Below are positions 18,228 to 26,342 of a DNA stretch of 48,473 bases, in pieces (position 1 is the stretch's first letter; each line of letters opens with the position of its first letter). The stretch comes from a virus. Taxonomy: Duplodnaviria > Caudoviricetes. The notes under the pieces were generated by a model. That model did not search any database, was not told where the DNA came from, and was given only the letters and a program-made list of their open reading frames with translations. Both the position numbers and the translations under genes were made by a program. The DNA lies in IMG/VR virus record IMGVR_UViG_3300048611_000157, positions 1-48,473 of that record, one strand, 5' to 3'.

Positions 18228-20095
18228 GCCAAAGCCTCGCGCAGCTCGCGAATGGAGAGGGATCGAAGCGCTACGTCGGCGTCCTTCTGCTTCGCCGCGA
18301 GCTTGCGGTGCAGGTAGCCCTCGAACGTTCCTGCCACAATTGGGATCTGCACTTGCACCGTGCCCTTCTGACCGATGCGGTGCACGCGGTCCACAGCCTG
18401 CGCGTTGATCGCCGGCGACCAGTCCCTGCCGAAGAAGATCACGTCACGCGAGCACACAGCGTTCCAGCCCTCCGCGATCTTGACCTGGCAGAACAACACC
18501 TGCACTCCCCCGGAGGCGAAATCGGCGAGGATCTTGTCGCGGTTCTCCAGGCTGGTCTGGCCGTGCATGACAGCCGAGTCTGCCCACTGCTCAGCGAGCC
18601 AGAACATGGGCGTGTTGAAACGCGAGAAGACGAGCGGCTTGCCACCCTGCAGGAGGATCGTCTCGATCGTCTCTTGCAGCCATTCGATCTTGGCTGCCTT
18701 CGGGAAGATCACGTGACCAGGTCGGCCGGGGACCTTCTCGGCGTGCTTCGAGATCAGCGGGGTCACGCGCTCCAGATACTGCTCGGGGATCCCCCCGAGG
18801 AACCCCTGGGCGATCTGTTCGAGCCGCAGCGTGGCCTCGAGCGCGGAGCGGGCGCCGGGCGCGAAGACGTTCATGTCTTGGGGGAGCTCAGCGAGCTCGA
18901 CCAGCGCGAAGTCGCGCATCATCGCGTAGACCTTCGCGCAATGCGAATCGAGGTCGAAGTCGGGATAGGTGAAGACCTTCTCGGGAAGGTCGAGCACGTC
19001 TTCCTTCTTTCTTCTCACCTGCACCGTGTTGACGATTGCGTTGAGCTGCTCTTTCGCGGTGATCGCGCGCACGACCGACTGCACCCGCTTCTTGACCTTC
19101 CCGTCGGCCGCTCGCGCGTATTCGTATTCGACGCGGCCGCGCACCAGGTGGAACTTGTCGAACTGCGCGAAGCTGCTGTAGATGCCAGGGCGCACGATGT
19201 GGAGCTGCGCCCAGAGGTCTTCCAGGGTGTTGCGCACCGGGGTGCCTGACAAGCACAGGCGGCACGCGGCGCCGCCGACGCTCGGCGCGAGCTCGTCCAT
19301 GATGAACTGCGTGCGCGCCGCCTTGCGGTTCTTGCAGTAGTGCGACTCATCGAGGATCAGGAACTGATCCTGGATCCACTCGACCAGGGTGCGCTTCTCG
19401 GGATCCGGCAACCGATGCAAGAGGTCGTAGTTGATGACCGCCGCCTTGCGGTCTTCGCCGCCGTCACCGTGCTTCAGGTAGTGACGCAAGAAGCCGAAGA
19501 CATCCGCGCGCTGCTTGGTGGTGCCGTCGATCAGGAAGGGTTGCACGTAGCCGATGGTCGCGTCGATCTCCCGGATCCAGTTCCGCTTCACGGTCTTCGG
19601 GCAGACGATCAGGCAGCGCTTCACGCCGCTCTGCTGCCATGCCCAGATCGCGGAAGCCGTCTTGCCGAGCCCCATGTCGTCGGCGAGGATCGCGCGGAAG
19701 TAGAGGTGTTCGAGCGCGCGGATCGCCTGCACCTGGTGAGGCATCGGCTTCCGCCGCCACTCGTCGGTCCACCGCAAAGGCGCGGAGTGACCCGGCGGGG
19801 GAGCCAGCTCGACCTTGGCGCGCTCCAGGCGCCCCACGACGGCCCGTAGTCGCTCCAGCACGCCGACGTCGAAGTCCAGGCGGATCCCGGCCGTGTCGAA
19901 CAGGGGCAGCACTGCGGACGCCCACGGGCGCGCCTGGTAGATGCTGCAGGGCCGACCGCCCGGCAGCCGCCCCGCAGCGAGAGAGCGCTTCCAGCCTGCC
20001 CAGGACGCCACGACAGCGTTGACGTCGTCTCGCCCCCCAGGGTCGCCACCCAGAAGTTGAAGCCAACCCTTCGAGAATCTGACCAGACCTTCCAT
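18224..20095 (-). CDS. SNF2-family (SF2) helicase (~623 aa)
   Basis: LADDMGLGKT, LDESH, LSGTP..N, QAVDRVHRIGQ; start placed at ATG 20095 downstream of a promoter. Confidence 0.92.
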   Translation of the reverse strand: MEGLVRFSKGWLQLLGGDPGGRDDVNAVVASWAGWKRSLAAGRLPGGRPCSIYQARPWASAVLPLFDTAGIRLDFDVGVLERLRAVVGRLERAKVELAPPPGHSAPLRWTDEWRRKPMPHQVQAIRALEHLYFRAILADDMGLGKTASAIWAWQQSGVKRCLIVCPKTVKRNWIREIDATIGYVQPFLIDGTTKQRADVFGFLRHYLKHGDGGEDRKAAVINYDLLHRLPDPEKRTLVEWIQDQFLILDESHYCKNRKAARTQFIMDELAPSVGGAACRLCLSGTPVRNTLEDLWAQLHIVRPGIYSSFAQFDKFHLVRGRVEYEYARAADGKVKKRVQSVVRAITAKEQLNAIVNTVQVRRKKEDVLDLPEKVFTYPDFDLDSHCAKVYAMMRDFALVELAELPQDMNVFAPGARSALEATLRLEQIAQGFLGGIPEQYLERVTPLISKHAEKVPGRPGHVIFPKAAKIEWLQETIETILLQGGKPLVFSRFNTPMFWLAEQWADSAVMHGQTSLENRDKILADFASGGVQVLFCQVKIAEGWNAVCSRDVIFFGRDWSPAINAQAVDRVHRIGQKGTVQVQIPIVAGTFEGYLHRKLAAKQKDADVALRSLSIRELREALA

Positions 20096-20150
20096 GAACT
20101 CCGCATCCGTTGCGCGAAGCCCCGATTGGCCGGCGAACGGAAGGCTTGGG

Positions 20151-20178
20151 ACGGTAGCGAGAGCTTCCGGGCTGTCAA
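20151..20178 (-). promoter_or_regulatory. Sigma70-type promoter for helicase/replication genes
   Basis: TTGACA (20178-20173), 16 nt, TACCGT (20156-20151). Confidence 0.55.
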
Positions 20179-20187
20179 GGCTTCGGA

Positions 20188-20253
20188 TCAGGTTTTTTCG
20201 ATTTCTGCCTCGAGCAGCACCATCTCCACAGCGGTCGCGTAGAACTCGACCAT
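20188..20253 (-). CDS. 21-aa peptide MVEFYATAVEMVLLEAEIEKT
   Basis: GGAGGAG RBS and TGATG coupling to the upstream gene. Confidence 0.35.
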   Translation of the reverse strand: MVEFYATAVEMVLLEAEIEKT

Positions 20254-20642
20254 CAGAGCTCCTCCGCCGGCAGATCCGCGATGCACTCGCGCACGACCCC
20301 GTCGGGGATGTGCAGGTCCTCGCCCACGCGGAGGATGGCTGAGACCACGTCCTCCTCCTTGTCGAGCAGCTCGCCGCCCCTGCGGCACTCACCGCCGGCG
20401 GGCGCCCGCCATGCTGCGTTTGCGGAAACCAGCACCCCGTAGACGAGGTGCCGCCCGTCCGCGTGCATCCGCACCCGCAGGCTGTAGGTATCGACCTCGC
20501 CTTGAGCCAGCGCCTGCCGGTGCTTCCCGAAGTCCCCGCCGGCGTAGCTGTCCCCGCTCCCGCGGGCGATCACTGGCCACTCACCTTCCTCGATCCGGAC
20601 CGGCGGCCGCGCGGTCAGGGTGATTGTCCTCTGCGTGCTCAT
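20253..20642 (-). CDS. Hypothetical protein (129 aa)
   Basis: ATGA overlap, GAGGA RBS, coding-like composition. Confidence 0.75.
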   Translation of the reverse strand: MSTQRTITLTARPPVRIEEGEWPVIARGSGDSYAGGDFGKHRQALAQGEVDTYSLRVRMHADGRHLVYGVLVSANAAWRAPAGGECRRGGELLDKEEDVVSAILRVGEDLHIPDGVVRECIADLPAEEL

Positions 20643-20824
20643 GATTCTTCCTCGATCGGTTCCTCAGCGTCGTAATCCCACATATCCCCTTGACCGGGAA
20701 GCGAGCGCGCGCACGCGTCGCCGCACGCGCGGCCGGAGTAGATCCCGTGCCGGTCGTAATAGCGTTCCAGGTAGTCGCTCCGCTTCTCGCACACGGGACA
20801 CGCAAGCCTTTCGTCGTCGTTCAT
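20639..20824 (-). CDS. Small Zn-binding protein with acidic tail (61 aa)
   Basis: CPVC...CGDAC; ends DYDAEEPIEEES. Confidence 0.6.
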   Translation of the reverse strand: MNDDERLACPVCEKRSDYLERYYDRHGIYSGRACGDACARSLPGQGDMWDYDAEEPIEEES

Positions 20825-20825
20825 T

Positions 20826-21305
20826 TCAGGTTCCTGATGGTAGGTCGAAGGCATTGCCTTCGGAAAAGGAGAAGTATCGAGCAGCACCGACGACCACGTG
20901 ATCGAGGACCTCGATGCCCAGTAGCTCGCCAGCGCTCGTCAGCCGTTCCGTGATCGCCCGATCCTGGTGACTCGGGGTGTGGTCACCGCTCGGATGGTTG
21001 TGGGCGAGGATGACAGCAGCGGCGCCGGCGCCGATGGCGAACCGGAACACCTCACGAGGGTGCACGCTCGCTGAGTTCAAGGTCCCAATCGAGACGACTT
21101 GAAAGCCGATCACCCCGTTTCGAGCATCAAGCGCCAGCACCATGAAGGCCTCGCGCTCGGATGGGACGAGGCCAAGACCTTGAAGGTCGACCACGTAGCG
21201 GGCCGCATCGGCGCCCTTGCGCATCACCCGGAATGGCGGCGCGTCGTCCCGCTCCCGCACCACGTCGTAGACGATGCGCACGCCCTTGCCACGGTAGGCC
21301 TTCAC
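20826..21305 (-). CDS. radC: RadC-like JAB/MPN domain protein
   Basis: EAFMVLALD...VHPREVF...AHNHPSGD..PS..D...LDHVVVG; GTGA overlap start. Confidence 0.92.
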   Translation of the reverse strand: MKAYRGKGVRIVYDVVRERDDAPPFRVMRKGADAARYVVDLQGLGLVPSEREAFMVLALDARNGVIGFQVVSIGTLNSASVHPREVFRFAIGAGAAAVILAHNHPSGDHTPSHQDRAITERLTSAGELLGIEVLDHVVVGAARYFSFSEGNAFDLPSGT

Positions 21306-21640
21306 GTGATCCATCCCCCGAAGGCGACCCCGTTGCGGCGGAATGGCTTGCCCCCCATCGGGGGAAAGTGCACTTCCGATTCCACCGCTACCGTAGCCTC
21401 GCGGCCGATCAGGTCGTCCGGCTGCAAGGTGGTCCAGTCGTCGACGCCGAGCGCTTTGTAGATCATCAGCGCGCGCGCGGCGCCGCGCGGCGACTGCACC
21501 AGCTCGTCCCAAGCGGCGAGCCGGCCTTGCCATTCGAGCCGCAGCGACCAGCGGGGGAAGCCGCCTTTGGTCTGGCTGACCCGGACCTCAGCGACGCGAA
21601 CCGGGTATTCGCCGGCGGGGAGAGTCGAGTAATCGGTCAT
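21302..21640 (-). CDS. DUF669-like OB-fold protein
   Basis: LPAGEY.VRV.EV....TKGG and DDLIGR.ATVAV motifs. Confidence 0.6.
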   Translation of the reverse strand: MTDYSTLPAGEYPVRVAEVRVSQTKGGFPRWSLRLEWQGRLAAWDELVQSPRGAARALMIYKALGVDDWTTLQPDDLIGREATVAVESEVHFPPMGGKPFRRNGVAFGGWIT

Positions 21641-22110
21641 CGTGCTACCTCGCTGACTGCCTCAATGGCTTCCGCCGACATCGAGCAGACGATCCGCCGC
21701 GCAGCCATGGCTACTTCCGGCTTCGCCTTGCTCAGCGGATCGGAGTCATCCCAGGGGATGGGCAGAGTCTGCAGCGTTGTCGCCATCGCGACGACCAAGC
21801 GCTTCGTCGACACTTCCGAGGCAACTCGAAGCCCACTCGCAACGTGAGTGATCCCCCAGCCGACTCTATCCTCGCACGATGGTAGCTCGGGCATCCGGCA
21901 GACGCCGAACGGTCCGATGATGCGCATCGGAACGCTCACGCGGGCGCCCTTGTTGCACGAGACACTCACCGCTACTAGCTCCCCTGACAGCAGCTTGGCG
22001 GCGAGCGCCGTAGCCTCGATCTCGTCCAGCCATCGGGAAAGGGCATCGGCCGCAGGACCAGGATGACGAGCGGCGATCTCGCGGAGTTGACGCGTCTCAG
22101 TCTGGTTCAT
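21637..22110 (-). CDS. Hypothetical protein (157 aa)
   Basis: GGAGG RBS, ATGA overlap; WGITHVASGL motif. Confidence 0.7.
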   Translation of the reverse strand: MNQTETRQLREIAARHPGPAADALSRWLDEIEATALAAKLLSGELVAVSVSCNKGARVSVPMRIIGPFGVCRMPELPSCEDRVGWGITHVASGLRVASEVSTKRLVVAMATTLQTLPIPWDDSDPLSKAKPEVAMAARRIVCSMSAEAIEAVSEVAR

Positions 22111-22304
22111 GATCCCTCCAGGTCCTCCAGCGCTCCCCGCCGAACGGGGGGGAGTGGGATCACGTAGCGCCTGTCGAACCAGCAACTGATCCCGAGACAG
22201 ATGAGGGGGATGGAAACGATCAGGTCGAACCAACTGCCGTGCAGCCAGAGATCGATGAGCCAGATAGGGATCCAGAGACAGATGAGGAAGATGCACACGC
22301 TCAT
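22107..22304 (-). CDS. Small two-TM membrane protein (65 aa), first early gene
   Basis: Two hydrophobic segments; directly downstream of the strong leftward promoter. Confidence 0.6.
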   Translation of the reverse strand: MSVCIFLICLWIPIWLIDLWLHGSWFDLIVSIPLICLGISCWFDRRYVIPLPPVRRGALEDLEGS

Positions 22305-22379
22305 GATCGGGATGGTTCTCCGTGGTCGCTCCGTGGTCCCAGGAGCTTAGGGGCGCCGCAAGCTTTGCGGGCGCGCGGG

Positions 22380-22408
22380 AGCATAGCCTACGGGGAAGGG
22401 CTTGTCAA
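22380..22408 (-). promoter_or_regulatory. Strong sigma70 early promoter (leftward)
   Basis: TTGACA (22408-22403), 17 nt, TATGCT (22385-22380). Confidence 0.75.
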
Positions 22409-22595
22409 GCTCAAAGCCTTGAGCGCCCATGAAGCTTTGTTGGCACGATAGTTGACATGGTGTCCCAACGGCGTATCGACGCCAAGTCTTGTGCGGGGAA
22501 GCCAAAGCCTCAACTTTACAGATCGTTACGTTTTTTGTGTCGCGATCCGCCTTCGCACCCGTGAGGCTTTGGAGAGGGAGCGCAAGGCTTTTCCA

Positions 22596-22826
22596 CAGCC
22601 AGCCAGCCAGGCCGGCCGCGCGCCGCCGCCTCGTCCCCCCGCCCTCCGGCGCCGCCGGTCGCCGGCGAGCCCGCCAGGCGGCGACCAGGCGGTGATATGC
22701 TATCGGTTCGAGGGTGATCCGATAGCGGGCGGTGTAGCCAGGCGGGGGACCGGACCTGAAGCACCCCAAGCCGCAGCCAGCCAGCCAGGCGGCTCGCCGG
22801 CGGGGAGTGAGTGGGACGAGGCGGCG
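22596..22826. repeat. Nested inverted repeats plus CCAGGCGG x4 and CAGCCAGCCAGCCAGGC x2
   Basis: 22624-22637/22813-22826 (14 bp), 22660-22671/22791-22802 (12 bp), 22699-22706/22719-22726 (8 bp). Confidence 0.85.
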
Positions 22827-23106
22827 CCGGCGATGCGAGACCCCCTCCCCCGGCGGGGCCGTCGGTGGCCAGGGTGATTCTTCCCCCCGCCCAGAAGCGG
22901 CCAAAAGAAACCAAAAATCGCCAGAACGGAAATCCAGATCCGGAGGACAGCATGAGAATAGGGGTTTTTCTTCCTTCTTATCTTTCTCCTGTCCCCTAGT
23001 AGTGAGTAGTAGTATACTACCTCCCTAGTTTTCCTTCCTTAAGGGGGGGGGGACAGTGTAGCGCTGTGTTACAACAAGACCCCATTCTTTCCTACGAGGT
23101 TTCCAC

Positions 23107-23730
23107 ATGTTCGAAGACCGCACGCTCCCTCGAATCGTTCCACTTCCCGCCGGGTCAATCTCGGAGGCCTACCCCGAGAACTCCCGACCCCCGATCCCGA
23201 AGGGGTATGGGCATCCGCGCAAGCCGAGCTTGAGTGTGGAGGCGCTGGCAGCGGTGGAGGTCTGCCGGCGGAAGCTGGAGGCGGACGATCTGTGGCTCGA
23301 GTCGTGCTCGTTGTCGGTGGTGCTGGAGCTCCTCGTGCACGAGTGGCTTGGCGGGAAGCGCAGCGAGTTCAAGCCGCGGACGCGGGTCGGGCGGCCGCCG
23401 TCACCGTGGGCGTCAGGTCCTCCGGCGCAGCGTCCGTGTCACGCCGCTCGGCAGGCTGAGAAGCTCGAGGAGCGGGTGCGTGTGGCGCGGGAGCGGTTGG
23501 CATGCGGGGACGTGTTGCCGAAGACGAAGGTGGCGCGTCTGGGTGAGAAGCTGGAGAGGATCTTGGAGCTGGAGAAGACTCCGGCCTGGGAGCGGACTCC
23601 GGCGCAGCGGGAGTGGTTCAGGACCTTGTGGGGCGGCCTGAATCCCGCGGAGAAGAAGAAGCTGAATGCGGCGAGGAGGGCTCAGGTGCCTCAGGATGAC
23701 CCAGGATCGAGTTCGAAGCATTCAGGCTAG
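23107..23730 (+). CDS. Hypothetical protein (207 aa)
   Basis: GAGG before ATG; strongly G-skewed; no recognisable motif. Confidence 0.5.
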   Translation: MFEDRTLPRIVPLPAGSISEAYPENSRPPIPKGYGHPRKPSLSVEALAAVEVCRRKLEADDLWLESCSLSVVLELLVHEWLGGKRSEFKPRTRVGRPPSPWASGPPAQRPCHAARQAEKLEERVRVARERLACGDVLPKTKVARLGEKLERILELEKTPAWERTPAQREWFRTLWGGLNPAEKKKLNAARRAQVPQDDPGSSSKHSG

Positions 23731-23813
23731 GGAATCAGGTTCCTCCATCCGAACGTCGATCCTGAGCCATCCTCCGGATTTCCTCCGAAACGGAAAAGGA
23801 AACCCTGGTGGGA

Positions 23814-23843
23814 CTAGGATTAGCTAGGATTCGCTAGGATTCG
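23814..23843 (+). repeat. 10-bp tandem repeat CTAGGATT(A/C)G x3
   Basis: ctaggattag ctaggattcg ctaggattcg, intergenic. Confidence 0.85.
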
Positions 23844-23903
23844 GACCAGAAAGCTTCGAACCCACTTGCAGAAGATCCACCGACCGGGTAGGAACTTCCT
23901 CCC

Positions 23904-24278
23904 ATGGTCGAAACACCCACCGACGAAGTCGACGTTCCGAAGCCGAAGCGGAAGCCGAATCCGAACCTCGCGAACCGCTACAAGTGCTTCGACGACGGTG
24001 GCGGGAACTACCGGATCTACGAGATCGCGGGCGGTGACCAGGGTCTCCCGAAGGGGTCGCTGACGCCGATCGCGGGGATGCCGGCGTTCGAGACGACGGC
24101 GTCGGCGGAGAAGTTCGTTCGGGACAGCGGGGACCTGCTGAACGGCAAGCAGTTCCTGATCCTGAAGGGGGTGCGCATCGGGTCGATGAACGTGCAGACG
24201 ATCACGAAGACGCAAGTGACGTGGAAGCCGCGGCTCCCGGCTGGTGGTCCGGCGGCGAAGGAGTCGGGGGGGCAGTGA
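23904..24278 (+). CDS. Hypothetical protein (124 aa)
   Basis: Coding-like ORF heading the rightward operon. Confidence 0.7.
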   Translation: MVETPTDEVDVPKPKRKPNPNLANRYKCFDDGGGNYRIYEIAGGDQGLPKGSLTPIAGMPAFETTASAEKFVRDSGDLLNGKQFLILKGVRIGSMNVQTITKTQVTWKPRLPAGGPAAKESGGQ

Positions 24279-24487
24279 TGGATCTGACTCCCGACGAGAT
24301 CCGGATGCTCGAGCGGCACCGCGCGGAGCAGGCGGTCGCGAGTCGGCCGGTCGAGACGAACACGCTCCAGTATCCGGTCCGTCAGGCGATCATCGGCTTG
24401 GTGCGAGTCGCGCGGGTGATCGAGCCGAAGGAGTCTTGGCCCGGGATTCTGATGAATGCCTTGATCGCGCACGGAGTGACGAAGTGA
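24278..24487 (+). CDS. Hypothetical protein (69 aa)
   Basis: TGATG coupling. Confidence 0.6.
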   Translation: MDLTPDEIRMLERHRAEQAVASRPVETNTLQYPVRQAIIGLVRVARVIEPKESWPGILMNALIAHGVTK

Positions 24488-24633
24488 TCGACGACAGCAC
24501 CGCGGCGTGCCGGGTGTGCGGCTGCACCGACGACGACTGCTCGCAGTGCGTCGAGGCGCAGGGCGAGCCGTGCCATTGGGTTGAAGAGGACCTGTGCTCG
24601 AGGTGTTCCGACGAGCTGTGGAGTGAGACATGA
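24484..24633 (+). CDS. Small Cys-rich phage protein (49 aa)
   Basis: CRVCGCT...C..C...CHWV..DLCSRC motif; GTGA/ATGA overlaps. Confidence 0.7.
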   Translation: MIDDSTAACRVCGCTDDDCSQCVEAQGEPCHWVEEDLCSRCSDELWSET

Positions 24634-24833
24634 CCGAAGACACCTATCGCTGCCGCTGGCATCCGCACACGAGCCGATCGGGCTTTCACACGAAGCGGCA
24701 GTGCCTCGACTTCCACCGTCGTCAACTCGCGACTGCCACCACCGAGCTCTTCCGCAAGCAGGCGGGACCCAAGTTGGCGGACGAACATCGCCAGGAAGCG
24801 GAGGAAGCGATCAAGGAGCTGGAGCAGCCATGA
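24630..24833 (+). CDS. Hypothetical protein (67 aa)
   Basis: ATGA overlaps at both ends. Confidence 0.6.
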   Translation: MTEDTYRCRWHPHTSRSGFHTKRQCLDFHRRQLATATTELFRKQAGPKLADEHRQEAEEAIKELEQP

Positions 24834-25093
24834 CCAACGACAAGCAAGACATCAAGCACCGGTTCAACTATCACGCGCCCCCGCACTACGGCGTCGTCGC
24901 GGCGCACACGGCGATCCGGCAAGCGTGCCTGGCGGCAGCCATGATCGTTGGAGAGCACGTCCCCGCAGGCAGGGAGCGCGCGCTCGCGCTGACCAAGCTC
25001 GAGGAGGCGATGATGTGGGGCAACGCTGGCATCGCGCGCAACCACGATGCAATTCCAGTGCGGGAAGCGCCCGACTGTGAAACCTCCGAATGA
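24830..25093 (+). CDS. Acb2/Tad1-like hairpin protein (candidate cyclic-nucleotide sponge, 87 aa)
   Basis: RFNYHAP...IR...A......PAGRERALALTKLEEAMMWGNAGIAR. Confidence 0.75.
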   Translation: MTNDKQDIKHRFNYHAPPHYGVVAAHTAIRQACLAAAMIVGEHVPAGRERALALTKLEEAMMWGNAGIARNHDAIPVREAPDCETSE

Positions 25094-25839
25094 AACCCAA
25101 GCGCACCGCCCTCGTCGACCCGAAGGCCGGCGAGCGCCTGGCCGCCGCGGCGAAGGCCGCAGGGGTGGCGACGGTCGCGGATCTTGTCGACCTGGTGGTC
25201 GACTCCGGCGCCTTGGCTCTCCCGCCGGCGGATGGCGTCTCGGAGGTCTACACGCTCGAGAACCTCGGCGCGCAGATGCACGCGCAGATGCCGGCGGCGC
25301 CGGCGCGGCGTCACGAGTGGTTCGAGGGGTTGGTCGACGCGCAGAGGATCGCGCTGGTCACGTTGCTGCGGGCGCGCGGCTACTCGAGCATGGTGATCTC
25401 GCGCGACTTCGGGATCCACGAGCTCGAGGTGAACAAGATCTTCGCGCGCTACGCCGACGATCTGGGCGCGCAGGTCGTGAACGTGCGGCTGAACACGCTG
25501 GTCGGCAACATGCAGTTGGTGTCGGAGCGCGCGGCGGAAGGCGCGATGCAGAAGGACGATTGGGCGACCTACTGGCGGATCCAGAAGGAGCTGATCGCGA
25601 TGCTGCAGTCGCTCGGGATCGTCAAGCAGGCGATCCGCAAGGTGGAGGTCGCGCACAAGTTCGAGGATCAGCAGAAGGCCGAGGTCGACGCGTTGCTCGA
25701 GCTCGAGCGCAAGCAACGGGAGCGCCGCGAGGAGATCAAGCAGGCGCAGGTCATCAGCATGGACGCGGTGCCGGCGCTGGAGTTGCCGGCGCCGGCGTCG
25801 ATGGAGGAGAAGTTCGAGGACGATGAAGATCAGATGTGA
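25090..25839 (+). CDS. Putative terminase small subunit (HTH + oligomerisation helices)
   Basis: HTH-like RGYSSMVISRDFGIHELEVNKIF; coiled coil; upstream of TerL; no other TerS candidate. Confidence 0.5.
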   Translation: MKPKRTALVDPKAGERLAAAAKAAGVATVADLVDLVVDSGALALPPADGVSEVYTLENLGAQMHAQMPAAPARRHEWFEGLVDAQRIALVTLLRARGYSSMVISRDFGIHELEVNKIFARYADDLGAQVVNVRLNTLVGNMQLVSERAAEGAMQKDDWATYWRIQKELIAMLQSLGIVKQAIRKVEVAHKFEDQQKAEVDALLELERKQRERREEIKQAQVISMDAVPALELPAPASMEEKFEDDEDQM

Positions 25840-26149
25840 ACTGACGGCGGAAGCTGAGTGGGAGATCGCCGAGATCATGAAGATCTTAAGATATCTCGGA
25901 CAGTCCAAGTCGATTGAGTTGGTCGATCCGACGGCTCAGATCAGATTGAGTAATGTCTTACCATATAAGAAGAACATCAAGAGACGGGCATTAGACGCTC
26001 TTTCGTCGATCGGCGTCTACACCGTTGGCGATTTGATAGAATGCGGATGGAGGAAGGTCGCTGGTCTTCGGAATGTCGGACCTTCGACTCTGAGGTATCT
26101 CGAACGATCGATGAGAGAGATCGGCATCAAGTTACAGGTTGATGACTAA
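25823..26149 (+). CDS. RNA polymerase alpha-subunit CTD-like protein
   Basis: RALDALSSIGVYTVGDLI...VAGLRNVGPSTLRYLE resembles alpha-CTD pattern; AT-richer than flanks. Confidence 0.7.
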   Translation: MKIRCELTAEAEWEIAEIMKILRYLGQSKSIELVDPTAQIRLSNVLPYKKNIKRRALDALSSIGVYTVGDLIECGWRKVAGLRNVGPSTLRYLERSMREIGIKLQVDD

Positions 26150-26342
26150 GCCCAAGATCAAAGAGAAGCTGCTCTTCCCGAATGTCTGCGACACCTGCGG
26201 GTGTGCCAACCCGAGCCTCGAGCGGATTCCCCCGAAGGCCTGCGCGAGCTGCGGCGCGGCGTTCGAGAAGGTCAGCTACAAGGTCCCGTCCTACAACGAG
26301 CATCCTCGGGCTCGCGTCCCTTACGACAACCTTGATGTCTAG
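26142..26342 (+). CDS. Zn-ribbon protein
   Basis: CDTC...CASC. Confidence 0.6.
   Translation: MTKPKIKEKLLFPNVCDTCGCANPSLERIPPKACASCGAAFEKVSYKVPSYNEHPRARVPYDNLDV

Noticed and set aside
20096-20392. N-terminal extension of the SNF2 helicase, or -1 frameshift from the 21-aa ORF at GAAAAAAC
   Set aside because: Not a canonical in-frame slippery heptamer, and the interval holds a TTGACA/TACCGT promoter supporting ATG 20095
22730-22800. tRNA-like start (ggtgtagcca...)
   Set aside because: No T-loop GTTC or cloverleaf
22347-23028. ORFs across the control region
   Set aside because: Low-complexity P/R/A translations, no RBS, overlap promoters and inverted repeats
23814-23843. Possible CRISPR mini-array
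   Set aside because: Contiguous 10-mers with no spacers; no cas genes
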